A stretch of DNA of 64,000 bases from Candidatus Latescibacterota bacterium (GTDB taxonomy: Bacteria; Latescibacterota; UBA2968; GCA-2709665), in the NCBI GenBank assembly GCA_963667175.2, contig CAXXXF010000004.1, forward strand, positions 320,001 through 384,000, in the 5' to 3' direction. Below the pieces are notes generated by a model. That model was not told the DNA's origin, ran no database searches, and worked only from the letters and a program-made list of their open reading frames with translations. The stretch's first letter is position 1. The number at the start of each line of letters is the position of its first letter. Below are positions 50,263 through 61,177 of the stretch, in pieces. The position numbers and the translations under genes were made by a program.

Positions 50263-50743
50263 GGTTCCACGGCTCCTTTGAACCGTTTAGCCCGAAAAGG
50301 CAGGCGAATCGCGGGAAGGCGCTCGAATTTCGGAGAGCCTAAGTTCGTCGTAAACAGCAAGATCCTTCATCGAGATTTCGAAGGGGGAATTCGAACATTG
50401 GTCAGGGCTTCGTATTCAAGATCCCTGACGTGGCTTCGGTGTTCTCAGCCGCAGCCAAATGGGTGGCAGTGAGCGCTCGCCTGTTGAACCGTCTTATCAC
50501 TCCCCCTTTAGGGGGAGTCGCCTGCATGCGCCTGCCTGTTCCGTTGGAACGGCAGACAGGCCAAGCGGAGCGCCGTGCCTGCCGGCAGACAAGCAGAAGC
50601 CGAGCCGGTCCCTGGGCCTGATGTCCCTGAGGCTTGCCACAAGCCAGTCGAAGGGTGTCGAAGACTCGAGGACCGGCGACGGCTGATGCAGAGGGGGATT
50701 TCAAGGGCGCCCCAATGACATTTCGAATATGTCGTCGCTTGAT

Positions 50744-51778
50744 TTATCGATGCTCCATCACCACACGAAACCCGGTGAAAGCGTCCGGCACCCACCCGAA
50801 CGAACGGGCAGCCGCCCGAATCCACGCGGGGCGATCAAAACTCGATCCTCCTCTCACAACGCGGCTGCCATCCAGAGCGCGTCCTCCAGCGGGTCCGTCG
50901 GGCCCTTTGGGATCGACCTGCGGCTCATCCGAATACGGACCGTAGTAATCCTGCACGAGTTCACGTACATTTCCGTGCATATCATATAGGCCCCACGGGT
51001 TCGGAAAAACGCCCCCTGTTTCCTGCACCTCCGGAGGTCCAAAGACTCTTCGCCCGTCGTCCAGAATGGTGGCTCTGCGTGAGTTCCCGAAATATCGCGC
51101 GTAATCGGCGATGCGGGTCGTGTCGTTTCCGAACGACCAGGGTGTCTTGGTGCCTGCCCTGCAGGCGTATTCCCACTCCGCCTCCGTGGGCAACCGGAAA
51201 ATATCCGATCCTTCGGCCTCGTTCAATTCACGTATGAATGTCTCGATTTCGCGCCAGCGCATTCTATTTGCCGGAAAGTTCCCTCTCCCGGGAACCTGAG
51301 AAACCACTCCCATAAGCCACGGACGCGTATTCATCACGCTCTCCCACTGCGACTGCGTGACTTCGTGCTTGCCCATGTAGAATCCCGTTGTAATCGTGAC
51401 TCCATGCCGGGGACCCTCGTGATCGTCTCGGTCGGGCTCAGAATCCGGCGACCCCATCAGGAAGCGTCCTGGCTGGATCCAGACCATATCCAGCTTTGCG
51501 CCTCTCGGAAGCGTCACCGTAATCTTCTCTTCCGGCGCACCCTCTCCGAACCGCTGTGCAAACAGGATGAAATCCGGAAAACCCACGCTTCCATTGCCGT
51601 CAAGGTCGAAAAGGTGTTGATTCGATCCGAAAGCCTGCGCGAACAGGATGAAGTCACCGAAATCCACGATTCCGTTGGCGTCGAAATCAGCGTCGCGGGT
51701 GGATTGGGCGAGCGGGGCTTGCCAAACAATCAGCAATGCGCTCAGGGCAAGTATTACAAGAACGGTATTTCGTCTCAT
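50744..51778 (-). CDS. Exported dockerin-like + FGE-sulfatase-fold protein 5
   Basis: Same architecture and motifs as protein 1. Confidence 0.9.
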   Translation of the reverse strand: MRRNTVLVILALSALLIVWQAPLAQSTRDADFDANGIVDFGDFILFAQAFGSNQHLFDLDGNGSVGFPDFILFAQRFGEGAPEEKITVTLPRGAKLDMVWIQPGRFLMGSPDSEPDRDDHEGPRHGVTITTGFYMGKHEVTQSQWESVMNTRPWLMGVVSQVPGRGNFPANRMRWREIETFIRELNEAEGSDIFRLPTEAEWEYACRAGTKTPWSFGNDTTRIADYARYFGNSRRATILDDGRRVFGPPEVQETGGVFPNPWGLYDMHGNVRELVQDYYGPYSDEPQVDPKGPDGPAGGRALDGSRVVRGGSSFDRPAWIRAAARSFGWVPDAFTGFRVVMEHR

Positions 51779-52180
51779 CGTTCTTTGGGCTCCCTTCGGC
51801 CGCTGTGTTCAGTTATGTGATGGTCGCGCCGTTCAGATTTCGAGCCATCGACAGACCGAAATTGTCGGCTGCATGGCGACTCATCGTTTCCATAAAGTAA
51901 GTTGATTTTAATATTAATCAAGACTTGCAATCGTCGTCCGGGTTCAATACATCGACCTGCCATAGGAACGGGGCATCGGAGAGGCAATCCATTCAGACGG
52001 GGATCCTGTTGGGAACGGTGGAGATCGTCTAAGGAGCTACCTGCTGCGCATTGAATTGTCGAATGCTGTCATTCATGATCGAACTTGTGAACATCTCTAT
52101 ACCGAATCTGAGTTTAGCTCGAGTCAATCCAAGCCGGTTGACTGTGTATTCAGGATACCCGAAGTGTTCGGATGTCAATC

Positions 52181-55100
52181 CTATTCCGCGATGACGAAAA
52201 CGGCGTCCTTCTCCACCGCCTCGCCGCTGGTCCTGTCGTTAATCGATACTTTCAATGAATATCGGCCTGGAACCTGATCGTCCAGGGCCAGTTCCACGTA
52301 TTCCACTTCCTGAGCATCGTCGCCCAGTTGTTCGTACGAAACGGCCAGTTCTTCTCTCTTGCCGCTATCCCACCGGAACAGACGGGAGATATTGCTCACC
52401 TGATCAGGCGCCTCTCTGGACGTGATCTTATAGGAGACACTGTAGTTCGTCTGCCCGAATTCGTCTTTTTTCAGGTTGTAAACCTCGTAGTAAACAAAAA
52501 CGCTTTGGCCTTTCCGGAATGTTCGAGAAGGCATTGGTATTACTTGCAGATCTCCCTTGGCGAATCTGCCTGCCGTCTTTTCGGCAGTAATCCTCCAGGC
52601 CAATTCCAGGTCGCTGATCTGCAATGCATCCGCGCCATAGGGCTCTACCACGACCTGTTGCTGATAGATGCCCATTCTTCCTTTCGCGCGATCCTGCGAC
52701 TTCACCTCCAGACGATAAGCGCCGGGCGGCAGGTTCAATTTCAGCACGTCCGGCACGAGCTGACCTTCACCGGCCAGATTACCCTCAGCCTTGTAGTCGA
52801 TCTCATTTGTCTTCCGGTAGACCGTGTCCAGCGCGGATGAAATCAGCGCTGCGTGGTGCGTCAGAACCAGCCGAGTCACATTTTGTTCTGACATGTAGTG
52901 GCCTGTTAGGACCGGAACGCCATAGTAGATCTCCAGGAGGCTACGGTCGTCGCTTCCTTTAAAGTCAGCTAACGAATAGTGGAAATCGAGAGGCGGTTTC
53001 CTGTCTTCGGGGACATAGAAGTCGGGAGTACTCGCCGCCGCTCGATGGTAGACGGATTCCGGCGAGTGGGTGCTCAACGACGCGGTCTGACGTATCGAGA
53101 TCCCTCCCTGGTTCGGCGGCACCGGTGCATAGTCATATATTCCGGAACCGATTTCGTCTGTAAAGGTGATTTCAATACCGCCTCCCACGCCGGTATATAT
53201 CCACGTCTCCCAGGGCACCGTACTCGGATCGTCGCCTGAGGTAACCGGGTGATAGTCCCCGAATCCCAGCCGTTCGTCCATTGGAAGGATGCCTATACGG
53301 ACCTCATCATCAGGCGCTGGCGACGGCGTCGTTACGCCTTCATCAGAGGACGGGCCTTGACCCGAGAAACCGGAACCATCGGCATCGCCGACCGCCGCAT
53401 CAATGGACCCGACGTCGCCAGCCCCCGGATCGGCGGAGGATGCCGACGCGTTCTCTATGTTGATGTCTTTCAGATCATACCACGCGCCATCCAGTTGTTT
53501 GTGGCTGCGTACAGGGTAGACGGGTCCGACAAACGTGTGCGCCCTGACGTCGCCCTTGTAAATATCGAATGCGAGGCGTTCTTTGACCCGCTGTACTTCC
53601 AGGCTCTGCTTGAAATTGGGTTCGTCTGATCTTGATCGATGATCGGGTTCCCCGAACCGGATGTAGACGTCTCCTCGAGTGTCCCAGGGCTTCTTGCCTT
53701 TGGAGAACTCCGTGAGCGCGTACCAGACCCTTCTGTAGTGTTCCAGCAGACGTTCGTTAACGGACGTGGAGAGATCCGGATCCTTGGAATTCCAGAAGCG
53801 CCGCAAATGGTCTGCGCGGTCGGCGGCTACGGCTTCTCGATGGGCACGAAGCTCTTCGCTGGACGCAATTTGCGATATGTTTTCGTAAAGTCTTCGTTTA
53901 TCGTCAGGAAGATTGGATATATAATCCTCGAAGAACCCCATTGCCATTTCCAGACTGTCCTGTTTGATGGCAGAAATAGCGACGATTGGCATCAGTTCAA
54001 TCGAATTCGGATGCCTCTGGACGAAGTCATACAGGTGGTCCATAATCTTCGAATAATCCTTAACTTTCAGGTATGCAATCCCAAGGCTGCGTTGCGCATC
54101 CGAATCTTCCGGGTGTAGCGCAAGGTATTTCGTATACCATACGACGGCCTTTTCAAATTCCCACGAAAAGTTCAAATAATAGTCCGCAATCAACAAATAG
54201 GCGCCCGCATGCTCGGGGTCCATTTCCAGGACTCTCTTTGCTTCCAACTCGGCATCTCGTTCCTTCATGTCATAACGCACTCTGGCCATCTGATATCGCG
54301 CGTCCACAAAGTTCCGATCTTTAATCAATGCCTCCGTGAAATGGTGGATCGCAAAATGCCGCTGCATCGGCCATGTCTTGTAAAGCATACCCAGGCCAAC
54401 GTGCGCCTCCGCCTTACCTCCCAGTCTCAGCGCTCGATGAAACGCTTCCTTCGATTCCTCGAATCGTCTCAATTTCAGAAGAATGTGACCCAGGTGGATA
54501 TATGCGTCGGGACCCTTCGGCCGTTGACGCGCCACGTTCCGAAAGATCAGACGCGCCCGGTCCAGTTCATTCGCGTCCATGGCGCGGCGACCGGTGGATG
54601 CCAGGCTGTCGACCCGTGCTGCGGGTATGTGCGAAATCTCCGTGTGACCGCCTTCGAGGTCCGCGACACCGTCGATTTGCTCGCCGCGGTGCCAGAAACA
54701 GGCCAGGGCCGGCGCGCCTGGCAATCCCTGGTGCTTATACAGATAATCGCTGAGAAATGTGTAATCCCGGTTTGATGGGCACGAGAACAGCACGTCAAGG
54801 ATCGCTTTCCTGTCATCCAGTTCCTTTCCGGCCGGCGTGTCTGCAACAATCCTCCGCGTTGCCCACTGATGCAATTCAGCAAGGTCTGCGGGTTCGTTGT
54901 TGTTCCGCGCACGCTTGAATTCGTCCATCAGCCGGAGCATCCCCGTCAAGCGCTCCTGGCAGTTGCGTCTGTCGGCCTTCCTGGCGTCTGCTTTGATCCA
55001 AATCTCACAAGCTTTGATATATCTTGCGCAACTATTCCTCGACAATCCGTACGTCGCGGCCTGATCGTAGAGTCTCTTGAATTCGCGCCTGGCATGCTCG

Positions 55101-57927
55101 AACAATTCTTTCGCATTGTCTTCGTTTCCTCTGTGGAGGGCATTTCTGCCGCGTATGTACAGGTTCAGGCCGGAACTGATTAAACGTAGGGGGATATCTG
55201 ACGAATCGGACTGACGCAAAGCGTCTGTGGACCTCGCCCTGGACAGGGATTCTCGATCTTGTCTTCCGTTCGCAGGAATTCCTTCCTTCGGAATGTAGGG
55301 AACAGTTTCGCCCGTCTCTACGTGAACACGGATCGCCTCCCCCTCGTCCTTGACACCGCATGAAACAGTTTTTCCATCATCTGACCAATCTACAGGCCCA
55401 CTTACGTTACCGGCAAACAAAAGCCTGATGTCTCCCCGTCTGTCGACTGTCCAGAGGCCGTGGCTTGTGCGCTCGAAAGCATTGCGTCGATAACCGATAA
55501 TCGCCAATGACCGTCCATCAGGAGAAAGCGCGAATTGGAGAGGTTGAAGATCCGTAGGAAGCGGCCACGCTTCCTCTTTGGTACCGTCCGGATACAACGA
55601 CCATATTATGTTTTTCGTGATCGGTATCGAGTGGCCTCCATAGAAATACGACCCCCACGCTTCGTGTCGCAAGCTTCGTTCCAGATATATCAAGGCATCG
55701 CCAGCCGGATCAAAATAGAGGTCGCCTGGTCTTCCGGGATAAGTCTTGATCCTCCTGGGTTGTGTGTCCAAAATCGAGACAATCCAGATTTCAGTGACAG
55801 AAATCGCACCCTTGCCCCTCTGGATTGCAAAAGCTCGATCCCCGGCCACTGACGTTACAGGTAGAGTCGAGAGGTGGCGCGGTGGTGTAGGAGAGGCCTA
55901 TCTGTTTCCGCCCCTTTCGTCTGGCGGTGCCTCAATAGCCGCTCCGCGCTCCGTTTCCACGTCCCGCTCATCGAACCGGACGTGCGGATTTACCGCATCC
56001 GGCTCTCGGACAAGGAGTCATGCGTTCGCCCACGGAAGGTTGTGCGTCTGCACCTCCAGCCGGGTCAGGCCCAACGTATTGTAGAGGACCTCGTCAGGGA
56101 GACGGGACGTCCCCTTTCCCGGTATTCGGTACTTGTTGCACAACCACCAGCGGAGCCGTTGCCGGGTGTGGCTGTCCACACTCCGGTAGGCTTTGCTGAC
56201 CGGACCAAGACGGAAGTAGTTGCCCCACCCTGTTAGCTTTCGGTTCAGGTGGGCAATCCGTTCTTGATGGTCTTTCAGCAGCCACCGCCGCGCCGTTGCC
56301 TCGCTGATGGCCCGGCAGATGTGCCGGATGGCCTTCTTTGACGGGCGCGTGCCGATATAGGCCTTTCCCGTCTTTGGTGAGTAACAGCGTTCGATGGTGT
56401 AGCCCAGAAAGTCAAATCGTCCTTCAGGAAGCGTGCATATGCCCGTCTTCTGCTCGTTCACCGTCAACTTGAGCGCCTTCATAATGGATCGCATCGCGCG
56501 CATCGCTTCTTTTGCGGTGCCGCGACAGCAGATCACAAAATCGTCCGCGTAGTTGACAATATGAGCCTTCAGGCGTTGCTGATGTCCCCGAACCTGCCAT
56601 CCCAGAATGAACCGCCGCATATACAGGTTCGCCAGCAGGGGCGAGATCGGGGCGCCTTGCGGTGTCCCCCTTCCCTGATCCTTGTTCGGCGTCGTTCGAC
56701 GTTTGCGGCCCCGCTTGTCGGTCTCCTCAATCGGCGCGGTCAGCCACAGCTTGACCAGGCCCAGCATACGCCCGTCACTGATGCGACGCGCCACACATTT
56801 CATCAGCTCGGCATGCGGGATCGTGTCAAAGTAACCGCTCAAGTCCGCGTCGATCACCTGCGTATGGCCACGGCTCACCAGACTGTGAACCGCCCTGATG
56901 GCGTCGTGCGCACTCCGTTTCGGACGGTACGCATACTGCGCCGCTGGCAGGTCCGCCTCAAAGATCGGCTCCAATACCAGCATCGCCGCGGTTTGCACCA
57001 CCCGATCTTTCACCGTCGGGATGCCCAGCGGCCTTTGCTTCCCGTTCGGCTTGGGGATATACACCCGACGGATCGGAGACACCCGATACGATTTGCTCCT
57101 TACGGCTTCCGACAGTTCGCCTAACCACCGCTTTTGCCCATATGACTCGATATCCGCAAACGTCTCGCCGTCCACGCCCGCCGCGCCGCCGTTGGCCTTG
57201 CAGCAGCGGTACGCATAAAGCAGGATGTCCTCGCGATACACCTTGTCATACAGCGCGTAGAATCGGTAGCCGGGCGATTCCTTCGCTTTGGCATGCAACG
57301 TCCTCTGCAACTTCCGAACCTTTTCCGGAGGTCTTAGGCTCATACCAATCTCCAGGCTCTCGCTCCTTTGACGTTGCCCTTGAACCAAGGCCCCTTTCCT
57401 CCGCCGGCATTACCCGGCTTCTCAGGTACTACGGGCCTCTCCGCCACCCCACGCGGCCCGGCCTGACCCTCACGGGCTGCCGGTTGGTGTCTCCACCACC
57501 GCCTGGGGCTTCCCGTGTTGCGTCGGAACTCCTTGTATACGTGCCTCCGCCACTACCCCGGCGGGACCGTTGGGTGCTCGCGTTGCCTGCTTCCCCAACG
57601 ACGGCGGCCTTCCCCGAAATTCAGGCGGGTCGGCTCCCGCATTACCCTTTTCGAGGCCTGCGCAGCGTTCACTCACGTTTCGGCCCGCATACTCGCCAAG
57701 TCGCCTTGCGACCCTCTACACCGGAGGCTTCGGAGATGTCGTTTCCTACGTCCCCGCTCCGATTGCTACCGACTGTGGCAACACTTGTCGGGTGGGACTC
57801 TCACCCACTGAAGTTCCGCGCCTTTTCACGGCGCACTGAGATAATCAGGGTCAGACGCTTCGACAACACGGGGGGTTGCCAGGATGCAGAATGCAATTAC
57901 GAGTGTAACCCGTATGTTCCACCGCAT
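52181..57927 (-). CDS. Large exported TPR + GWxTD-domain protein (PWDxRG subtype), split by a group II intron: exon 1 57837-57927, exon 2 52181-55860
   Basis: Removing 55861-57836 gives in-frame MRWNIRVTLVIAFCILATPRVVEASDPDYL-T-VTSVAGDRAFAIQRGKG, with a GGAGG RBS. PWDTRGDVYIRFGEPD; close paralog of 5661..9392. Confidence 0.88.
55861..57836 (-). mobile_element. Group II intron, copy 2 (IIB-like), intragenic
   Basis: GTGCG 5' end at 57836, domain V, CTCGACTCTAC 3' end at 55861; highly similar to copy 1. Confidence 0.93.
56018..57343 (-). CDS. ltrA: Group II intron reverse transcriptase/maturase
   Basis: Near-identical to 19177..20502; YADDFVI and GTPQGAPISP motifs. Confidence 0.93.
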   Translation of the reverse strand: MSLRPPEKVRKLQRTLHAKAKESPGYRFYALYDKVYREDILLYAYRCCKANGGAAGVDGETFADIESYGQKRWLGELSEAVRSKSYRVSPIRRVYIPKPNGKQRPLGIPTVKDRVVQTAAMLVLEPIFEADLPAAQYAYRPKRSAHDAIRAVHSLVSRGHTQVIDADLSGYFDTIPHAELMKCVARRISDGRMLGLVKLWLTAPIEETDKRGRKRRTTPNKDQGRGTPQGAPISPLLANLYMRRFILGWQVRGHQQRLKAHIVNYADDFVICCRGTAKEAMRAMRSIMKALKLTVNEQKTGICTLPEGRFDFLGYTIERCYSPKTGKAYIGTRPSKKAIRHICRAISEATARRWLLKDHQERIAHLNRKLTGWGNYFRLGPVSKAYRSVDSHTRQRLRWWLCNKYRIPGKGTSRLPDEVLYNTLGLTRLEVQTHNLPWANA

Positions 57928-57996
57928 GACGTTGCCCTCCTGCCATTCAACAATGCAGTTCGGACTTTAATTATCCTGAACCGGAAGTCGAGTTTG

Positions 57997-58774
57997 CATT
58001 GGTACCCCAACCCACAATAGAGCTACGCGTCCTTGTCCTCGGGAAACTGATCCAGGCATCGCTTTGAGGCCAATACCAACCCCCTCGGATTCTTGCTCTC
58101 ATAGTGAATCAGTCCCAAGTCGTAATGCGCATCTCGATTTTCAGGATCGACCTCGGTGCCTTTTATCAGGAATGCCAGTGCTTTATCTCTATCCCGCGTT
58201 CCGTGTTGTTCCCAGCGAAAAAGGCGGTACATTGGTGGCCCTACTCCACCTGCGACGATTCCTACAGGCTCCATCTCGAAATACTTCAGGAAAGCCTGCA
58301 CGGAAAAAATCCAACCAGGTACGCTGCTTGGGCGCGTTGTTCCGGAAAGTTCTCGTAAATCTTCTCATAATGCCGTTCGGCACTTAGCCAGAGCCCCTGC
58401 TTGCCGAGCAACTCACCGAGCGCCATCTGATAATCACCACTTCTCGGCTCCAGCCGAATCGCCTCATCCAGCGCATTTCGTGCACTCTGGCGATCCATGG
58501 GCGTGTCAAGCGACATATACAGCTTCGCGATCTCGTAGTGGGCCGGCGCGAAGTCCCGGTCCGCCTTCAATACGTCATGGAAGGCCTCTATACTTGCCTC
58601 AGCGCTGACACTTCCGACCTGCTCTAGAGCTGACTCGTAAATCGTATCGGCGATTTGCTTCGGCGTGCCTTCGAGTGGTGAAATGACAGAGAGTCCGAAG
58701 CAAAAAAGCACAACTCCATATGAAGTAAACCTCCTACACCATCTTTGGATGTGACGAAATTTTCGAAATGTCAT
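57997..58774 (-). pseudogene. Truncated GWxTD/TPR gene (N-terminal part only)
   Basis: Paralog of the 58808 N-terminus. Frameshift in the A6 run at 58304-58309; TTG>TAG stop at 58023; homology ends after LYCGLGYQ. Confidence 0.85.
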
Positions 58775-58807
58775 AACAGCACCTCGTGAGCTTCCATTTG
58801 CTCGCGT

Positions 58808-61123
58808 TCACTCAATCACGCGGAACAACGCATCCCGCGACGCTTCCTGACCGGTATGCATATCCGTCAGACGCACCGATAGGCGGTGCACACCCGCAGG
58901 CACGTGGCTCAGGTCAATCTGCAGATACGTGAAGTCATCCTCCCGGTCCCCCTCGTACTGAGAGGTAATTGTCGTTTGGGTGCCTTGTGTATCCTTTTCC
59001 ATTTCTTTCATCAGCAGGGCGATTTCGTCTTCGCGATCTCCCATTCCCTCGCTCACGTGCAGCACCTCATATTTGTGGTTCCGCGTCACAATCACGTCTG
59101 GCGTCCTCGTTGGCTTGCCATTGCCTGGCAGCCGCTGCGCTGTAAACAAGTAAGGATCGATCCTTTCCTCGCCTGGACGGCCGATCCGATAAGAAATCTC
59201 ATACTCCGTGCGTCCATACCTGTCACGCCTCAGGTTATATAGTTCCAGATAGATGAACGCTGGCTCCGACCGATGGTAGGTCCGTAAGGGATTCGCAACA
59301 ACATTCAGATCATCCCTGTCTTCCGGAAACGGCGACTGTGTTGCGATTTGCGTGGCCAGCAGCAGATCACTCATTGCGAGCGTAGAATCCGCCATCTCGA
59401 ACGTGCGCTGCTCTCGAAACGTCCCGATCGACCCACTTTCTGCGTCCCTCACCTCGCAAATCAGATTGTACGTGCCCGGGGCCAACGTGAATGCTTTCTG
59501 AAACACCAGATGGTTTTCCCGCAAGCTGTCCACAACGGGATACCCGCTATCCGTCAACTCGGGCCACCTCAGATCCAGAGCCGACCGCTTTCTAAAGACA
59601 GCATCCCATCGCTCGTCAAAAAGGAAGATCCCGTTCTCCAGAACCATACTATCCGCTACCGACGCGGACACGTTGTACTTCGGCAGCGCATACGCCAATT
59701 CTACGCGGAGGCTATTTCCATCCTTGAAGCCAACCACCTGATAGGGAATTCTATATTTGTGATGTCGATAGGGGTCCAGAACGTGGGGTGGTTGACGATT
59801 GAAGATATATCGACTCGAAATCCGGCCTGGACGAGTATCGAAACGCCATGAATCCAGACCGTCGCTGTTGAAAAACGAAATTGAAAAACCATCATAATAC
59901 CACTCTTCATTCCCACCCTGAACGACTCTACTAATGCCGGTGCTCGCTCCATCGACACCGCCTGGCAACTCCATACGCGTTGCCGTTTTGTTGAGATACC
60001 TCCCGAATTTGATATGGGCCTTGCCACGGTCGGTTTGCCATCCCTGTATCCCCTTCAGCCGCTGCCCGTATCTGAGATTGGCATACGCCACCCGTCCATA
60101 GTGCTCCATGCGTCGCTCGCTGAATGCTGTCAGGTAAAGGGGATCGCGTTTCCGCCAGAACCGCACCCGCTCACGGCTATCCGTCCATCCGTTTTGGGTC
60201 GCATCGGTCGTCGCAATTGAATCAAGCGCCGATAGTTCCTTCTGGCTTGCAATTACGTCCACCGACTCCATCAGAGCGCGTTCCTGTGCCGACATTCGCT
60301 CCAACGCGCCCAAATAATAGTCGTGGGCAGTTTCCAATTCACCCATCCTCTGGTATCCCAGACCACAGTAAAGCAACGCGTCCTTATCCTCGGGAAATTG
60401 ATCCAGGCACAGCTTTGATGCCGTTACCAGTCCATTGGGATTCTGGCTTTCGTAATGGATCAGTCCCAAATCATAGTACGCTTGTCGATATCCGGGATCG
60501 GTCTCGATGCTCCTGATCAGAAATGCAAGTGCTTTCTCACGGTCGTGTGCGCCGTATTTTTCCCAACGAAACAGGTGATATGTAGGTGGCCCGCCGCCAG
60601 TAATAATATCTATGTGCTCCATATCGATATACTTCAAAAACGCCTGCAGGGAAAAAAAACCTACCATATACGCTGCCTCGGCAAACCTTTCGGGATGGGT
60701 CTCACATACCTTTTCGTAATGCCTCTCGGCATTCAACCAGAGCCCCTGCTTGCCGAGCAACTCACCGAGCAACAGTTGATAATTCCCGTTGCCCGGTTCC
60801 AGTAGAATCGCCTCGTCCAGCGCCTTGCGCGCACTCTGGCGATCCATGGGCGTATCCATAGACATATACAGCTTCGCGATTTCATAATGGGCCGGTGCGT
60901 GGTCCGGATCCGCATTCAATACCTCACGGAAAGCCCCCAGGCTCTGCTCGACGGTGACATTTCCGACTTGCTCCAGAGCTTTCTCGAAGAGCCTGTCTGC
61001 AGCCTGCTTCTCACCGGCCGCAATCGGCGACGCGAGACAGAATCCGAGCCACAGTACCGCTAACACGAAGGAACTCAATCCCGCGCGGCAAATTCGCGTT
61101 TGACGAATTATCAGGGATGGCAT
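58808..61123 (-). CDS. Exported TPR + GWxTD-domain protein (GWxTDxG subtype)
   Basis: Signal peptide, TPRs, GWQTDRGKAHIKFG. Confidence 0.9.
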   Translation of the reverse strand: MPSLIIRQTRICRAGLSSFVLAVLWLGFCLASPIAAGEKQAADRLFEKALEQVGNVTVEQSLGAFREVLNADPDHAPAHYEIAKLYMSMDTPMDRQSARKALDEAILLEPGNGNYQLLLGELLGKQGLWLNAERHYEKVCETHPERFAEAAYMVGFFSLQAFLKYIDMEHIDIITGGGPPTYHLFRWEKYGAHDREKALAFLIRSIETDPGYRQAYYDLGLIHYESQNPNGLVTASKLCLDQFPEDKDALLYCGLGYQRMGELETAHDYYLGALERMSAQERALMESVDVIASQKELSALDSIATTDATQNGWTDSRERVRFWRKRDPLYLTAFSERRMEHYGRVAYANLRYGQRLKGIQGWQTDRGKAHIKFGRYLNKTATRMELPGGVDGASTGISRVVQGGNEEWYYDGFSISFFNSDGLDSWRFDTRPGRISSRYIFNRQPPHVLDPYRHHKYRIPYQVVGFKDGNSLRVELAYALPKYNVSASVADSMVLENGIFLFDERWDAVFRKRSALDLRWPELTDSGYPVVDSLRENHLVFQKAFTLAPGTYNLICEVRDAESGSIGTFREQRTFEMADSTLAMSDLLLATQIATQSPFPEDRDDLNVVANPLRTYHRSEPAFIYLELYNLRRDRYGRTEYEISYRIGRPGEERIDPYLFTAQRLPGNGKPTRTPDVIVTRNHKYEVLHVSEGMGDREDEIALLMKEMEKDTQGTQTTITSQYEGDREDDFTYLQIDLSHVPAGVHRLSVRLTDMHTGQEASRDALFRVIE

Positions 61124-61177
61124 TGCAAGACCTCTTATTCACGCGTCGGGAACAATTCACTGTGCCAATTTCCGAAG

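Noticed and set aside
36858-51778. Active formylglycine-generating enzymes
   Set aside because: The catalytic cysteine pair after the RGG motif is missing and no sulfatase gene is nearby.
52181-55849. Stand-alone cytoplasmic 1222-aa protein starting at GTG 55849
   Set aside because: It is better explained as exon 2 of an intron-split gene whose signal peptide is in 57837-57927.
19177-57343. Diversity-generating retroelement (RTs plus FGE/CLec targets)
   Set aside because: Both RTs lie inside complete group II intron RNAs and have domain X. I found no AAC-rich template repeat or avd gene in the window, and the two FGE tails I compared at codon level differ at non-adenine and synonymous positions.
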